Source of the DNA: Thermoplasmata archaeon
GTDB taxonomy: Archaea; Thermoplasmatota; Thermoplasmata; Lutacidiplasmatales; UBA184
Length of the DNA stretch: 64,000 bases
NCBI GenBank assembly: GCA_052326485.1
Contig: JBKQMS010000009.1
Span: forward strand, 8,206-72,205
Direction: 5' to 3'
A model generated the notes under the pieces. It saw only the letters and a list, made by a program, of their open reading frames with translations. It did not search any database and had not been told where the DNA came from. The position numbers and the translations under genes were made by a program. The first letter of the stretch is position 1, and each line of letters opens with the position of its first letter. Below are positions 6,836 to 16,290 of this stretch, one piece after another.

Positions 6836-9679
6836 TCAGCGGGCGGAGGTCGTCGGTTTTGCTTCCGAGACGGGGACGCCCCCGATTGGAGGAGGGGAAT
6901 TCTTGGCGGCTCCGGCCGTGGTCGCGACCCGGGGACTCTCGGCAGGCGGCTGTGGGGCCTCCTTCGACGCCGCTGTCTCGGGAGGGCGGTCGCCCCTTAG
7001 GTCGAGGGTCGCCTCCACCGTACCGTCGTCCGAGTACCTCAACGAGAAGCCCATCCGCTTCATGAGCGAGAGCGCCCGGTAGTTCTCCGCCAACATGACG
7101 GAGTAAACCCGCTCGATCCCCATGTCCTCGGCCACCTCGAGAACGTGGTCCGCGAGCTTCGTTCCAAGTCCGGCGTTTTGGAACTCATCGGTCACGATGA
7201 CGGCGAACTCTCCGCTCTTCCCGTCCGGCTCGATGCTTAGGCGGCCGACGCCGAGGAGCCTTCGCCTCCCGTCCTGGGTCAGCTCGGGCACGATCGCGAT
7301 TTCCCGGTCGTAGTCGATGTTGCAGTAACGGACCCGCATCTCGTGCGGGGTGTCCTTGATCACCTGGAAGAACCGGTACCGGACCGACTCCTCCGAGAAC
7401 CCCCGGAACATCTCGAGCCACATCGGCTCGTCTTCCGGCTTGATCGGGCGGAGGACGACCTCCTGGCCGTCCGCCATCCTCCAGCGCGCTTCGTACTTCT
7501 TCGGGTACGGACTGATGACGAGGTGGGCGTGGGCGTCGCGGTCGTGCTCGGACCGGTCCTTGTCGATCAGGATCCGCGCGTCCAGGATGTGGAGCTTGCT
7601 CTCGTTGAGGAGGAGCGGGTTGATGTCGATCTCCTTGATCTGCGGGAAGTCGACCAGGAGCTGCGAGAAGAGGAGCAGCGTCTTCTCGAGGAGCTCGATG
7701 TTGGCTCGCGGCTGGTTCCGGTACCCCTTGAGGAGCTGGTAGACCTTCGTCTCCTCGAGCATCCGCCGGATGAGGGTGGTGTTGAGCGGAGGGAGCGCGA
7801 CCGCGGCATCCCGGTAGAGCTCGACCCCCACGCCACCCATTCCGAACAGGACGACCGGCCCGAAGAGGGGGTCGGTCTTTCCGCCGACGATCAGCTCGTA
7901 ACCGCCCCTCGGGATCATCGGTTGGACGGTCACGCCGAGGATCTGGGCATCGGGCTTGTACTCCTTCGCCCGCGCGACCAGGGCGTCGAACTGACGGCGG
8001 ACCTCCTCCTCCGAGCCGATGTCGAGCGCCACTCCGCCGGCCTCGGTCTTGTGCAGGATGTCAGGGGAGAGGATCTTCAGCACCACCGGGAAGCCGAAGT
8101 GCCGGGCCTTCGCGGTCGCCTCGTCGGCCGTCGTGGCGACCTCGGTCGCGACCACGGGGAAGCCGTAGTACTTGAGCAGCCGCTTCGCCTCCTCCTCGGT
8201 CAGCGCTTCGCGACCTTCTTTGGCGGCCCCTTGAAGGATGACAGAAATCGGTCGGCGGGGAGGGGCCGAGTCCACGGTCAGCTCTTCGGGGGTCTCGTAG
8301 AGAAGCCCGATGTTCCGGCGGTACTGGTACATCGTTAGGTACGTCTTGACCGCCTGCTCAGGGGATGAGTACGTGGGGATGTTGTGGCCGGCGAAGAAGG
8401 CGTTCGCCTCGGTGACCCGGCTACGGCCCATGAACGACGAAAGGATCGTCTTGTTCTGGTAGGTCTTGGACTGAAGGACGTCCACGACCGTCTCCGCGAC
8501 GGCCAGCGGATTGATCATCGCCTGGGCGGTCAAGAGGAGCAGGATTCCGTCGACGTTCTCGTCGTCCAGGCAGGCCTCGAGCGCGGCCCGGTAGCGTTCC
8601 GGTCCGGCGTCGCCGATGAGGTCGATCGGGTTCCCGTGGCTCCAGAACGCCGGGAGCGCCTGGTTGAGCAGCTCCATCGTCTTTGGGCTCAGCTCGGCCA
8701 GTTTCCCACCGCGCGCGAGGAGCGCGTCACTGGTCATGATCCCCGGCCCGCCCGCGTTCGTGATGATCGCGAGCCTCGGCCCATTCGGCAAAGGCTGGGT
8801 GCTCAGCACCTCGGCGGCACTGAACAGGTCCGAGATCTCCTCGACACGAACGATCCCCGCTCGCTTGAACGCCGCGTCGTAGATGTCGTCCTCCCCCGAC
8901 AAGGAGCCGGTGTGCGAGGCGACGGCCCGGGCGCTCTCGCGAAACCGCCCAGCCTTGACGACCACGATCGGCTTCGACCGGGCGAAGTGCCGGGCGGCGC
9001 TCATGAACCGCCGGGCGTTGGTGACCCCCTCGATGTACATCAGGATGCTTCGGGTCTGCGGGTCGCTGCCGAAGTAGTCGATGAGGTCGCCGAAATCGAC
9101 GTCGCTCATCGACCCGACGGAGACGAAGGTCGAGAACCCGACGTTCTCGTGGATCGCCGTGTCGAGGATCGCGGAACCGAGCGCGCCGCTCTGGGAGAGG
9201 AACGCCACCGTCCCCGGTTTCGGGACCTTGGAAAGGAACGTCCCATTTAGGCGCGTGGACGGCCGCATGATCCCGAGGCAGTTCGGGCCCACGATCCGGA
9301 TACCGTACCGAGCGGCGACCTGGAGGATCTCCTCCTCGAGTGCCTTCCCCGCCGGTCCCGTTTCCTTGAAACCGGCGGAGAGGATGACGATGCCTTTCAC
9401 CCCGGCCTTGCCGCACTCGTCGACGAGCCCCGGTACCGTCATTGCCGGCGTGGCGATGATTGCGAGGTCGACCGTTTCCGGAACCGCCCCGATTGTGGGG
9501 TAGGCCTTGACCCCGAGGATTTCGGGCTTGTGGTTGTTTACGAAGTAGGCCTTGCCCTCGAACACCCCTCTCGCGAAGTTGGCCGAGACCGCGTGGCCGA
9601 CCGACCCTTCCTTATCGGTCGCGCCGAGAATCGCCACGACGCGGGGCTTGAAGATCTTGTCGAGATTGTAGGTCCCCAT
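6836..9679 (-). CDS. Pat-like fusion of ADP-forming acyl-CoA synthetase (alpha+beta) with a C-terminal GNAT acetyltransferase
   Basis: N-terminal CoA-binding region (VAILGATDKEGSVG, GPNCLG), then an ATP-grasp region, then a C-terminal GNAT (FQNAGLGTKL). ATG9679 is preceded by GAGGAG. The longer ORF reaching 9763 was rejected. Confidence 0.9.
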   Translation of the reverse strand: MGTYNLDKIFKPRVVAILGATDKEGSVGHAVSANFARGVFEGKAYFVNNHKPEILGVKAYPTIGAVPETVDLAIIATPAMTVPGLVDECGKAGVKGIVILSAGFKETGPAGKALEEEILQVAARYGIRIVGPNCLGIMRPSTRLNGTFLSKVPKPGTVAFLSQSGALGSAILDTAIHENVGFSTFVSVGSMSDVDFGDLIDYFGSDPQTRSILMYIEGVTNARRFMSAARHFARSKPIVVVKAGRFRESARAVASHTGSLSGEDDIYDAAFKRAGIVRVEEISDLFSAAEVLSTQPLPNGPRLAIITNAGGPGIMTSDALLARGGKLAELSPKTMELLNQALPAFWSHGNPIDLIGDAGPERYRAALEACLDDENVDGILLLLTAQAMINPLAVAETVVDVLQSKTYQNKTILSSFMGRSRVTEANAFFAGHNIPTYSSPEQAVKTYLTMYQYRRNIGLLYETPEELTVDSAPPRRPISVILQGAAKEGREALTEEEAKRLLKYYGFPVVATEVATTADEATAKARHFGFPVVLKILSPDILHKTEAGGVALDIGSEEEVRRQFDALVARAKEYKPDAQILGVTVQPMIPRGGYELIVGGKTDPLFGPVVLFGMGGVGVELYRDAAVALPPLNTTLIRRMLEETKVYQLLKGYRNQPRANIELLEKTLLLFSQLLVDFPQIKEIDINPLLLNESKLHILDARILIDKDRSEHDRDAHAHLVISPYPKKYEARWRMADGQEVVLRPIKPEDEPMWLEMFRGFSEESVRYRFFQVIKDTPHEMRVRYCNIDYDREIAIVPELTQDGRRRLLGVGRLSIEPDGKSGEFAVIVTDEFQNAGLGTKLADHVLEVAEDMGIERVYSVMLAENYRALSLMKRMGFSLRYSDDGTVEATLDLRGDRPPETAASKEAPQPPAESPRVATTAGAAKNSPPPIGGVPVSEAKPTTSAR

Positions 9680-10188
9680 CGGTCGGCTCCTCGTTTCCTT
9701 ATCGTGACAGTGTCCCGAACCGCCCAACCGCCGTGCGCCGGGATTGGGACGCGGTGAGACCACCTTTCGGCGCTATTACAGACTTGCGGCCCCTCAAAAG
9801 GAGGTTCGTTCTCTCGAGTCGACGGTAGGTGCGAACGAGGCCTTCTCGGTCCCCCGATGACCTCCTGACTCGCGCACCGGGTGGCGTCTGATCGGAGTCC
9901 CTTCTGAGGGTCCACCGGGGCAGGAAAACGTGCTTGGGCCGGCCCATGTCGAAGACCACGATCCCGGCAGCGAGAAGGGGCGAGCCCTCGTATTGGCGGG
10001 CGGAGAGATTGCTTGCGCCCTCCACCGGTTAGGGCACTCCTCGAGGAATCCGCTGTGTGACAGCACTCATCGCGAGGTGGGCTCGCGGGCCGAGCCGACC
10101 GAGCTCATGGCCCCGAATAGAGGAGGGACCGCACGCCCGGGTCCGCGGCTTGCGCGGCCCGACGCCACCCTGGGGGCATCGCCGCCGG

Positions 10189-11139
10189 TCAGGGTCGCAG
10201 GGCGACCACGGTCTTTCCGCGCGCCCGCCCGGCCTTCAATTCCGCGAGCGCCGCAGGCGCTTCGGGGAGGCGGACCCGACGTTCGAGAGGTATGGTGAGG
10301 TGGTGTTCTACCACGTCCTGCGCCAAGCGTTCGAGGAGCACCGTCGTAGGCTGTAGGTCCACGTTGAACCCGCGGATACCCGCCCGCTGCAGCGCCTCGA
10401 CGTCCGCCGAGAATGTGGTGGTGGCCGCGACGCCCCCTCGGCGGACCAACGCGGCCCACTGCGCGAAACCCGTGCGGTCGCTCATGGCGTCGAGAAGACC
10501 ATCCAGGCCGGAGGGGTGGGCCCGCGCGATTGCCGCTGGAGGGTCTTCGGAGGAGGGGTCGACGACGGTCTCGGCCCCCAATGAACGGAGGCGAGCCGCC
10601 GAGTTCGCCCGTGCGATGGCGGTGACCTTGAGCCCTCTCGCGGCCGCCAGTTCTGTCGCGAACGACCCGACTCCCCCGGAGGCGCCCACGATCGCCAAAG
10701 ACGCTCCGACGGGAAGGGCGAGGGAATCGAGGCTAGCGAGCGCGGTCATCCCTGCGGTAGGAAGGGCCGCCGCTTCCTCGGCGGTGATCCCGGCCGGGAG
10801 CCGAATGACAGAGCCCGCTTCGGGGACGGGGGCGAGCTCAGCATAGGTTCCCGTGCCGACCGGGTCGTGGAGGAACTGGCCGAAGATCCGATCGCCTACC
10901 CGAAACCGCTCCACCGCAGGGCCGACCGCCTCCACGGTCCCCGAGGCGTCTACACCGAGCACGAGCGGGAACACATGAGGGCGGTTGCCCTCGTACATTC
11001 CCTCGGCGATTTTCCAGTCTAGGGGGTTCATCCCCGCAAATTCCACGCGCACGACCACCTCCGCCCGACCGACCACGGGTGAGGGGAGCTCCATCAACTC
11101 GATCGGATTTCGGAACCGGGAGACGGCGGCCGCCTGCAT
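10189..11139 (-). CDS. NADPH:quinone oxidoreductase / MDR-family zinc-type dehydrogenase
   Basis: N-terminal GroES-like region (VVVRVEFAGMNPLDWK) and a Rossmann region (LAIVGASGGVGSFA). Confidence 0.85.
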   Translation of the reverse strand: MQAAAVSRFRNPIELMELPSPVVGRAEVVVRVEFAGMNPLDWKIAEGMYEGNRPHVFPLVLGVDASGTVEAVGPAVERFRVGDRIFGQFLHDPVGTGTYAELAPVPEAGSVIRLPAGITAEEAAALPTAGMTALASLDSLALPVGASLAIVGASGGVGSFATELAAARGLKVTAIARANSAARLRSLGAETVVDPSSEDPPAAIARAHPSGLDGLLDAMSDRTGFAQWAALVRRGGVAATTTFSADVEALQRAGIRGFNVDLQPTTVLLERLAQDVVEHHLTIPLERRVRLPEAPAALAELKAGRARGKTVVALRP

Positions 11140-11243
11140 GCCGGACGAATGGCACGCGCGGTCTTCAAAGAATCCGAGGCCACGACGATCGCCTCGCGGA
11201 ACGCTAAGTACGTTACCCGCTCTTCGGGACCTCCTGAGGGCCC

Positions 11244-11714
11244 ATGGGGATGGACCGGGACTTCCCGATGACCGGGACGCAGGGGAAGGCCCTCATCGTA
11301 GGCCTCCTGGTCATGTGCGCGTTCGGTGCCGCCCTGTTCGGAGGCGCCATCCCGGGACTCAAGCCCAACTACTCCGAGCCCAGCGTCGTCGTGGTCGGTG
11401 GGGAATCGTACGACTTCACCACCGTCGTCCTGGCGACTCCCAGCCTCCCCCTCGACCACACTTCCCCTCAATCCTTCGCGTTCCACAACGTGACGTTCGC
11501 GCTATGGGTCTCTCATTGGTACTCGCTCTCGGGTGGGCTCGTCTACGGGAACGGTACCGAACCGAACGGGACCGTCTATGCCTTCGCCCTTGGCGAATCC
11601 GCTAGTCCGCCGGTGAACACCACACTGTTCGTCTCGCCCGACCGGGAGTTCGCGGCCTACTGGCCGGGGGGCCCCCTCAGCGGGTCCTCGGTGAACCTCA
11701 TGGTCCGCGCCTGA
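11244..11714 (+). CDS. Hypothetical signal-anchored/secreted protein
   Basis: N-terminal hydrophobic segment ALIVGLLVMCAFGAALFGG, several N-x-S/T sequons, and high third-position GC. Confidence 0.55.
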   Translation: MGMDRDFPMTGTQGKALIVGLLVMCAFGAALFGGAIPGLKPNYSEPSVVVVGGESYDFTTVVLATPSLPLDHTSPQSFAFHNVTFALWVSHWYSLSGGLVYGNGTEPNGTVYAFALGESASPPVNTTLFVSPDREFAAYWPGGPLSGSSVNLMVRA

Positions 11715-11968
11715 TCACGGGCGCTTCCCCTCCGGCTTCGGATCCGTCGAATTCGAGGTTAGAGAAACATCTAATCCCGTGACGCTGTGCCGGACGACAG
11801 CACCGCTTCCGTGGCCTTGCGGCAGGGAGGTCGCGAGGAAGCGGCGAGATGCCGAAAGTGAGAACCATGCCTACCCGGAACCCTCGACGTCGCTCCACGT
11901 CCGGTCGGAGCCCTATAGGCGGTTCCTCTAGCGGATCTCCTCCGGCACATTCCCGGGACCATCGTCGG

Positions 11969-12583
11969 ATGCACGAGGCAACTTGGTCTCGCGCCGAAGC
12001 GGTCAGCGTTCTCGACTCGCCCGAACGCCGCTCGAGCCAGGACCCGAATCGTCTTTGGCGTCGGGTAGGCTTGAAGCGGGGCGACACCGTCGTCGATGTA
12101 GGGGCCGGGTCGGGCTTCTACACGTTCCCTGCGGCTGTGCTGGTCGGCCCGAGCGGCCGAGTGTACGCGGTCGATGTCTCCCAAGACCTCGTGGAGTTGG
12201 TACGAGAACGAGCCGCGGACCGGAAGCTCCGCAACGTGGAACCGATCCTCTCGACCCCGACGCACATTCCTGTCGAGGATGCGGTGGCCGACATGGCGCT
12301 CCTCGCGAACGTCCTTCACGGGATCCCCCCGGAGACCGTGGACGAAGCGGTCCGTCTGCTCCGACCCGGGGGGCGGCTCGTGAACGTTGACTGGAAGAAG
12401 GAGCCCTCTCCCGAAGGGCCTCCGGTGGAGCACCGCCTGACCGCGCCGGAGGCAGCGGCGGTCCTGTCCGCCCACGGATTGATTCCCGCCGACTCTTTCG
12501 ACCTCGGACCCTACCATTACGTGCTGGTCTTCGAGCGACCTCACCCTCCCCGGCTTCCCGGCCATCTCGTCTCCGCGGAGTGA
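11969..12583 (+). CDS. Class I SAM-dependent methyltransferase
   Basis: Motif I VVDVGAGSGFY and post-I VYAVDVS, plus LRPGGRL. The N-terminal 40 codons of ORF 11849 are R/S/P-rich junk, so ATG11969 was chosen. Confidence 0.8.
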   Translation: MHEATWSRAEAVSVLDSPERRSSQDPNRLWRRVGLKRGDTVVDVGAGSGFYTFPAAVLVGPSGRVYAVDVSQDLVELVRERAADRKLRNVEPILSTPTHIPVEDAVADMALLANVLHGIPPETVDEAVRLLRPGGRLVNVDWKKEPSPEGPPVEHRLTAPEAAAVLSAHGLIPADSFDLGPYHYVLVFERPHPPRLPGHLVSAE

Positions 12584-12647
12584 GGGGATCACGATGTCAC
12601 CCCCGTTGGACGCCTCGTTCATCTCCGCGGGGATCTAGGTCGCGGCG

Positions 12648-13070
12648 ATGCAGGCGGTCGCGACGTGGAGGAAGGGGCACGAGATCCTCCTCAAGGACGG
12701 CCGCACGCATTCGGTCCTTGTCGACCTCTCCCCGGACGAAGGAGGGACGAGCGCCGGCACCACTCCCCTCGAGCTTTCGCTGCTCGCTCTCGCGGGGAGC
12801 CTGGCGTCGACGTTCGTCACGCTCGCGAGGAAGCGACATCTCGATTTCTCGGGGCTCACCGTGGTCCTCGAAGGCGACGCGCCGTCCCCAACGGCGGTCA
12901 TCGGTGGGGTCCACGGGTCGCTGCGCCTCCGCAGCCGCGCGGACCGAAACGACGTGGAAGCGACGTTGCGGGCGTCCCTCGACCTCTGTCCTGTCGGTCG
13001 GATCTTCCGCGAGGCGCGGGTCCCGGTCAACGTGATCGCGGTCGTCGCGGTGACGGGGCGCTCCCCCTAG
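12648..13070 (+). CDS. OsmC/Ohr family peroxiredoxin-like protein
   Basis: OsmC-like layout with GGTSAGTTPLELSLLALAGSLA and a C-terminal LCPV motif. Confidence 0.85.
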   Translation: MQAVATWRKGHEILLKDGRTHSVLVDLSPDEGGTSAGTTPLELSLLALAGSLASTFVTLARKRHLDFSGLTVVLEGDAPSPTAVIGGVHGSLRLRSRADRNDVEATLRASLDLCPVGRIFREARVPVNVIAVVAVTGRSP

Positions 13071-13112
13071 AGAAGACGACGAGCACCGACCCGGCCCGCG
13101 TCGGGTCGAAGG

Positions 13113-13682
13113 TCACAGATGGACGAGAGCCCGCACGAGGTCGTTGCGGGTGACGATCCCGACGAGACGGTCCCCCCGAAGTACCGGGATGCGGTTGATC
13201 TCGTTCTCCCGCATCACCTCGGCCGCGAGCTCGAGCGACGCGTCGGAGGAGATGGAGATCGGGGGGCTGGACATCGCATCCCGGACGTTCGTTTCCTCGA
13301 GGATGCGTCGCAGGACCTGGACGCTCACGCCGGTCTCGTCCGAGAGACCGAACATCAACAGGTCGAAGAGACCGACCACCTCGGGAATCCCGCCCGCGCT
13401 CTTGAGGGTCCGCGCGACGTCCCGCTGGCTCAGGACGCCCACCAGCTTCCCGGTCTCGTCCACGACCGGGAGCCCGGAGACCTTCTGTCCCCTCATGAGC
13501 ACCAGCGCGTCTAGGAGCGTGGCGTCCGGCCCGACCGTGACCGGGTGTCGGCTCATCACGTCGCGCACATTCACATTGATCACGAACGCGTCGACGGCAG
13601 GGGCTCGGGAGCGGTCCGGAGTACGCCCGCGAGCGGGAGACTTCTTGGCCGCCGATCTCGCGGGAGATGGCATACGGGACAT
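13113..13682 (-). CDS. CBS domain pair protein
   Basis: Two CBS repeats (VRDVMSRHPVTV...GLPVVDETGKLVGVLSQRD and VRDAMSSPPISI...RIPVLRGDRLVGIVTRND) follow a basic N-terminal tail. Confidence 0.85.
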   Translation of the reverse strand: MSRMPSPARSAAKKSPARGRTPDRSRAPAVDAFVINVNVRDVMSRHPVTVGPDATLLDALVLMRGQKVSGLPVVDETGKLVGVLSQRDVARTLKSAGGIPEVVGLFDLLMFGLSDETGVSVQVLRRILEETNVRDAMSSPPISISSDASLELAAEVMRENEINRIPVLRGDRLVGIVTRNDLVRALVHL

Positions 13683-13879
13683 TATCCGTCGGAGGGGTAT
13701 TTAGGGGATGCTGCCCACGGGGAATGCCCCCCTGTCTCCGCCGACCCCTACCGGCGGGGTCCGCTCGATTCGCCCCGCCTAGCTCGACCGCGAAAGACCT
13801 TCGAATCCGGGAAGGGCCGGGCCTCTCGACCTCCGGAGTTCGGTCGAGGTGGGCGGAGCGGGCCGGAGGGGGCTACGGC

Positions 13880-14560
13880 TCAACGAACGGGGGTCGTGGG
13901 CGGCGCGCGCGACCGTTCGAGCAGCCGCCGGACCTCCTCGTCGCTCACCTGAGCGAACCGGTGATACCACTCTCCGACGGCGAAGAACATGGCGGGGACC
14001 AGGAGCACCACGAGGTCATCGACCTCGGGGCGGAGGCTCTCCACGGTGTCGGGCGGAGCTACCCCCAGCGCGAGGACGATCCGGCGGGGCCCTCGAGCTC
14101 GTACCGCTTGCAGGGCCGCGAGGACGGTCCCCCCGGTGGCGACCCCATCGTCGACGAGGATGACCGTGCGGTTGCCGAGCTCCACCGGGGGGTTTCCGGC
14201 ACGGAACTCGCGGGCCCTCCGGTCGACCTCGGCCGCTTCCCGAGCGATCGTGGGACCCAGGTCCCTCACCGTGAGACCGGTGGCGCGGATCCGTGGCTCG
14301 TCCAGATACCGGGTGCCTCCTTCGACCACCGCGCCGAGGCCGTACTCGGGGTTCCCCGGGGCCCCGACCTTCCGAACGATCAGGACGTCGAGCGGTGCGC
14401 CCAGGCGGACCGCGATCTCGAATGCGACCGGTACGCCGCCGCGGGGAAGAGCTATCACGACGGGGTCCTGGTCCCGGTACGAAAGTAGTCGCGCGGCGAG
14501 ACGTTCCCCGGCCGTCCGGCGATCCGGGAGAGGGACCGGCGGGCCCTCCGGCTCGGTCAT
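13880..14560 (-). CDS. Phosphoribosyltransferase family protein
   Basis: PRPP-binding loop VILVDDGVATGGT and the N-terminal pattern VIALPRGGVPVA. Confidence 0.85.
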   Translation of the reverse strand: MTEPEGPPVPLPDRRTAGERLAARLLSYRDQDPVVIALPRGGVPVAFEIAVRLGAPLDVLIVRKVGAPGNPEYGLGAVVEGGTRYLDEPRIRATGLTVRDLGPTIAREAAEVDRRAREFRAGNPPVELGNRTVILVDDGVATGGTVLAALQAVRARGPRRIVLALGVAPPDTVESLRPEVDDLVVLLVPAMFFAVGEWYHRFAQVSDEEVRRLLERSRAPPTTPVR

Positions 14561-14653
14561 GACCCAGTCCCCGGGGGCAGGGCTCCGCTCCGATTAACTC
14601 CCCGGTAGCGTCGGGTTAGCCACCGGGAGAAGGGCGCATGGGGGGCCTCGGGC

Positions 14654-15193
14654 TCAGATCGACTCGAGCTTCGACTCTCGGGTCATGAACCCCTTCGCGT
14701 CCTCGGCCGCCGGGGGACCCGCGTCGACGTTCGGTCCCAGCCGTCGCCGGTCGATCTCGATCACGCGGTTGTGGAGCCACTCGAACTCATGGAAGATGAG
14801 CGGGTCGCTCATCGTCTTCCTCAGGTCGCCGATCATGTCCACCGGGTCGCGCAAGGCCCAGTAGTACGCCGTGACCCAGCCTCCGAACGCTTCCCAGACC
14901 AGGTCGTCCTCGAGCACTTTACGGTGCGTGAGCGTTCCCACGAGCTCGAAGAAGGTGATCACTTCGAGGTTCGAGATGTCCTGATGCGCTTGCTTGAGGA
15001 TGCGTTCGCTCAGGTGTCGCCGGGCGGCGCGCATCCGCGGGCTGTCGAACCGCTCGCGTAGGTTCATCACCGCGTTCGCGGAGTTCAGCTTCTGCGCCTG
15101 GATGGTCTGCCACAGCATCAAGAGGAGAGTGCCCACGACCAGGACCCAGGTCCCGACGAGCGACCAGATGGCGATGTTGAACCAATCGATCAT
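14654..15193 (-). CDS. Hypothetical N-terminally membrane-anchored protein
   Basis: ATG15193 is preceded by GGAGGAGG. One TM segment (IAIWSLVGTWVLVVGTLLLMLW) is followed by a helical soluble domain. The upstream part of ORF 14654..15385 is R/G/P-rich and was rejected. Confidence 0.6.
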   Translation of the reverse strand: MIDWFNIAIWSLVGTWVLVVGTLLLMLWQTIQAQKLNSANAVMNLRERFDSPRMRAARRHLSERILKQAHQDISNLEVITFFELVGTLTHRKVLEDDLVWEAFGGWVTAYYWALRDPVDMIGDLRKTMSDPLIFHEFEWLHNRVIEIDRRRLGPNVDAGPPAAEDAKGFMTRESKLESI

Positions 15194-15408
15194 CGACCGG
15201 CCGCTCCGACCTCCTCCGTGATGGCCTCCCCCCAGCGAAGGTGGCCAAGAGCTTTGGGGGTCCCGTCGACGGGGAGGTCCGAGAGGGCTCTGCCACCCTC
15301 GGCTACGCGAACGACCGGACGGGGACGCGAGGGAGCCGGTCTCTCCGTACGTCGGACACGGCGCTCGAACGCCGTGTCCCCTCACGCGGGAGGGGCGACC
15401 CGGCAGGA

Positions 15409-15960
15409 CTACGCGTCGCCGTACCGGGGGGTCCTTCCCGGGTGCTCATCACGCGCGAAGGCTGCGTCGGCCTCGAGCTGCTTCGCTTCCATCTCTTCCT
15501 TGGGCATCTTGACCCGCATCGAGAGGGTCCACTGATGACCGAAGGGGTCGAGGAGCTTACCGTATCGTTCGCCCCAGTACTGGTTCTCGAGCGGCAGGCT
15601 GACCTTGGCGCCCGCGGCCACGGCCCGGTCCCATAGCGCGTCGACATCCGCGGAATAGATGTGCAGGGTGACGGTCGTGGTTCCGATCGAGGAAGGGGCC
15701 GCCGTCTCGGAGTCGGGAAAGACGTCCGAGAGGAACACCATCGTGTCGCCGATCCGCAGCTGCCCGTGGATCAGCCTACCGTTCGGGGTCACGCGGCGGT
15801 GGACCTCATGCGCGCCGAACGCCTTCTTGTAGAACTCGATGGCGGCGAGTCCGCCCACCACCGATAGGTACGCGGTCACCGTCCCGAATCCGGGCGGGAT
15901 CGGCGAGGGGTCGTCCGGGGACTTCGCGCGAGCTTTCGCTTTCTGCTTCGAAGCCGGCAT
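15409..15960 (-). CDS. VOC/glyoxalase family protein (PhnB-like)
   Basis: PhnB-like pattern: VTAYLSV, AIEFYKKAFGA, GRLIHGQLRIGD, FGHQW. Confidence 0.8.
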   Translation of the reverse strand: MPASKQKAKARAKSPDDPSPIPPGFGTVTAYLSVVGGLAAIEFYKKAFGAHEVHRRVTPNGRLIHGQLRIGDTMVFLSDVFPDSETAAPSSIGTTTVTLHIYSADVDALWDRAVAAGAKVSLPLENQYWGERYGKLLDPFGHQWTLSMRVKMPKEEMEAKQLEADAAFARDEHPGRTPRYGDA

Positions 15961-16062
15961 GGGGGTCCGGTGTGGGGACGGACTACTCCTATATGAGTCT
16001 CCAAGTCCCGGGGGTCCGCGGGCACCCCCTGGTCCTCAGGCCCGGGACGTTCGGTGGCAGGG

Positions 16063-16290
16063 CTAGCTGGAGTGTGCTTTGCGCGTGTGCTCTTGCAGCG
16101 CCGCAGTCGTGCTGAACCGCAGACGGCAGAGCGAGCATTTCAGGGTCCGCGGACGCGCGGACTCCTCCGGAGCGTTCACGGCCGATGCGTGGGCCTCCTT
16201 GCGGTGGTCCTCGAGCGCGTCCTCGGACCGGAACGCGCGTCCGCAATCCCGGCAGACCGCCTCGACCTCGTCGTACTCCACGTACGGCAT
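16063..16290 (-). CDS. Two-finger C2H2 zinc-finger protein
   Basis: Two exact C-x2-C-x3-F-x5-L-x2-H-x4-H units: CRDCGRAFRSEDALEDHRKEAH and CSLCRLRFSTTAALQEHTRKAH. Confidence 0.75.
   Translation of the reverse strand: MPYVEYDEVEAVCRDCGRAFRSEDALEDHRKEAHASAVNAPEESARPRTLKCSLCRLRFSTTAALQEHTRKAHSS

Noticed and set aside
9855-9925. Strings resembling C/D-box sRNA elements (CGATGA...CTGA...CTGA...CTGA).
   Set aside because: The putative C box lacks the RUGAUGA consensus. The first CTGA is only 4 nt downstream, so there is no room for a guide. There is no terminal stem.
9699-10025. 108-aa GTG-initiated ORF just upstream of the Pat-like gene, with high GC3 in its first ~40 codons.
   Set aside because: GC3 decays in the second half and the product is extremely Arg-rich with no motif. 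The probable TATA box of the downstream gene lies inside it. It is kept only as part of the unassigned-region finding.
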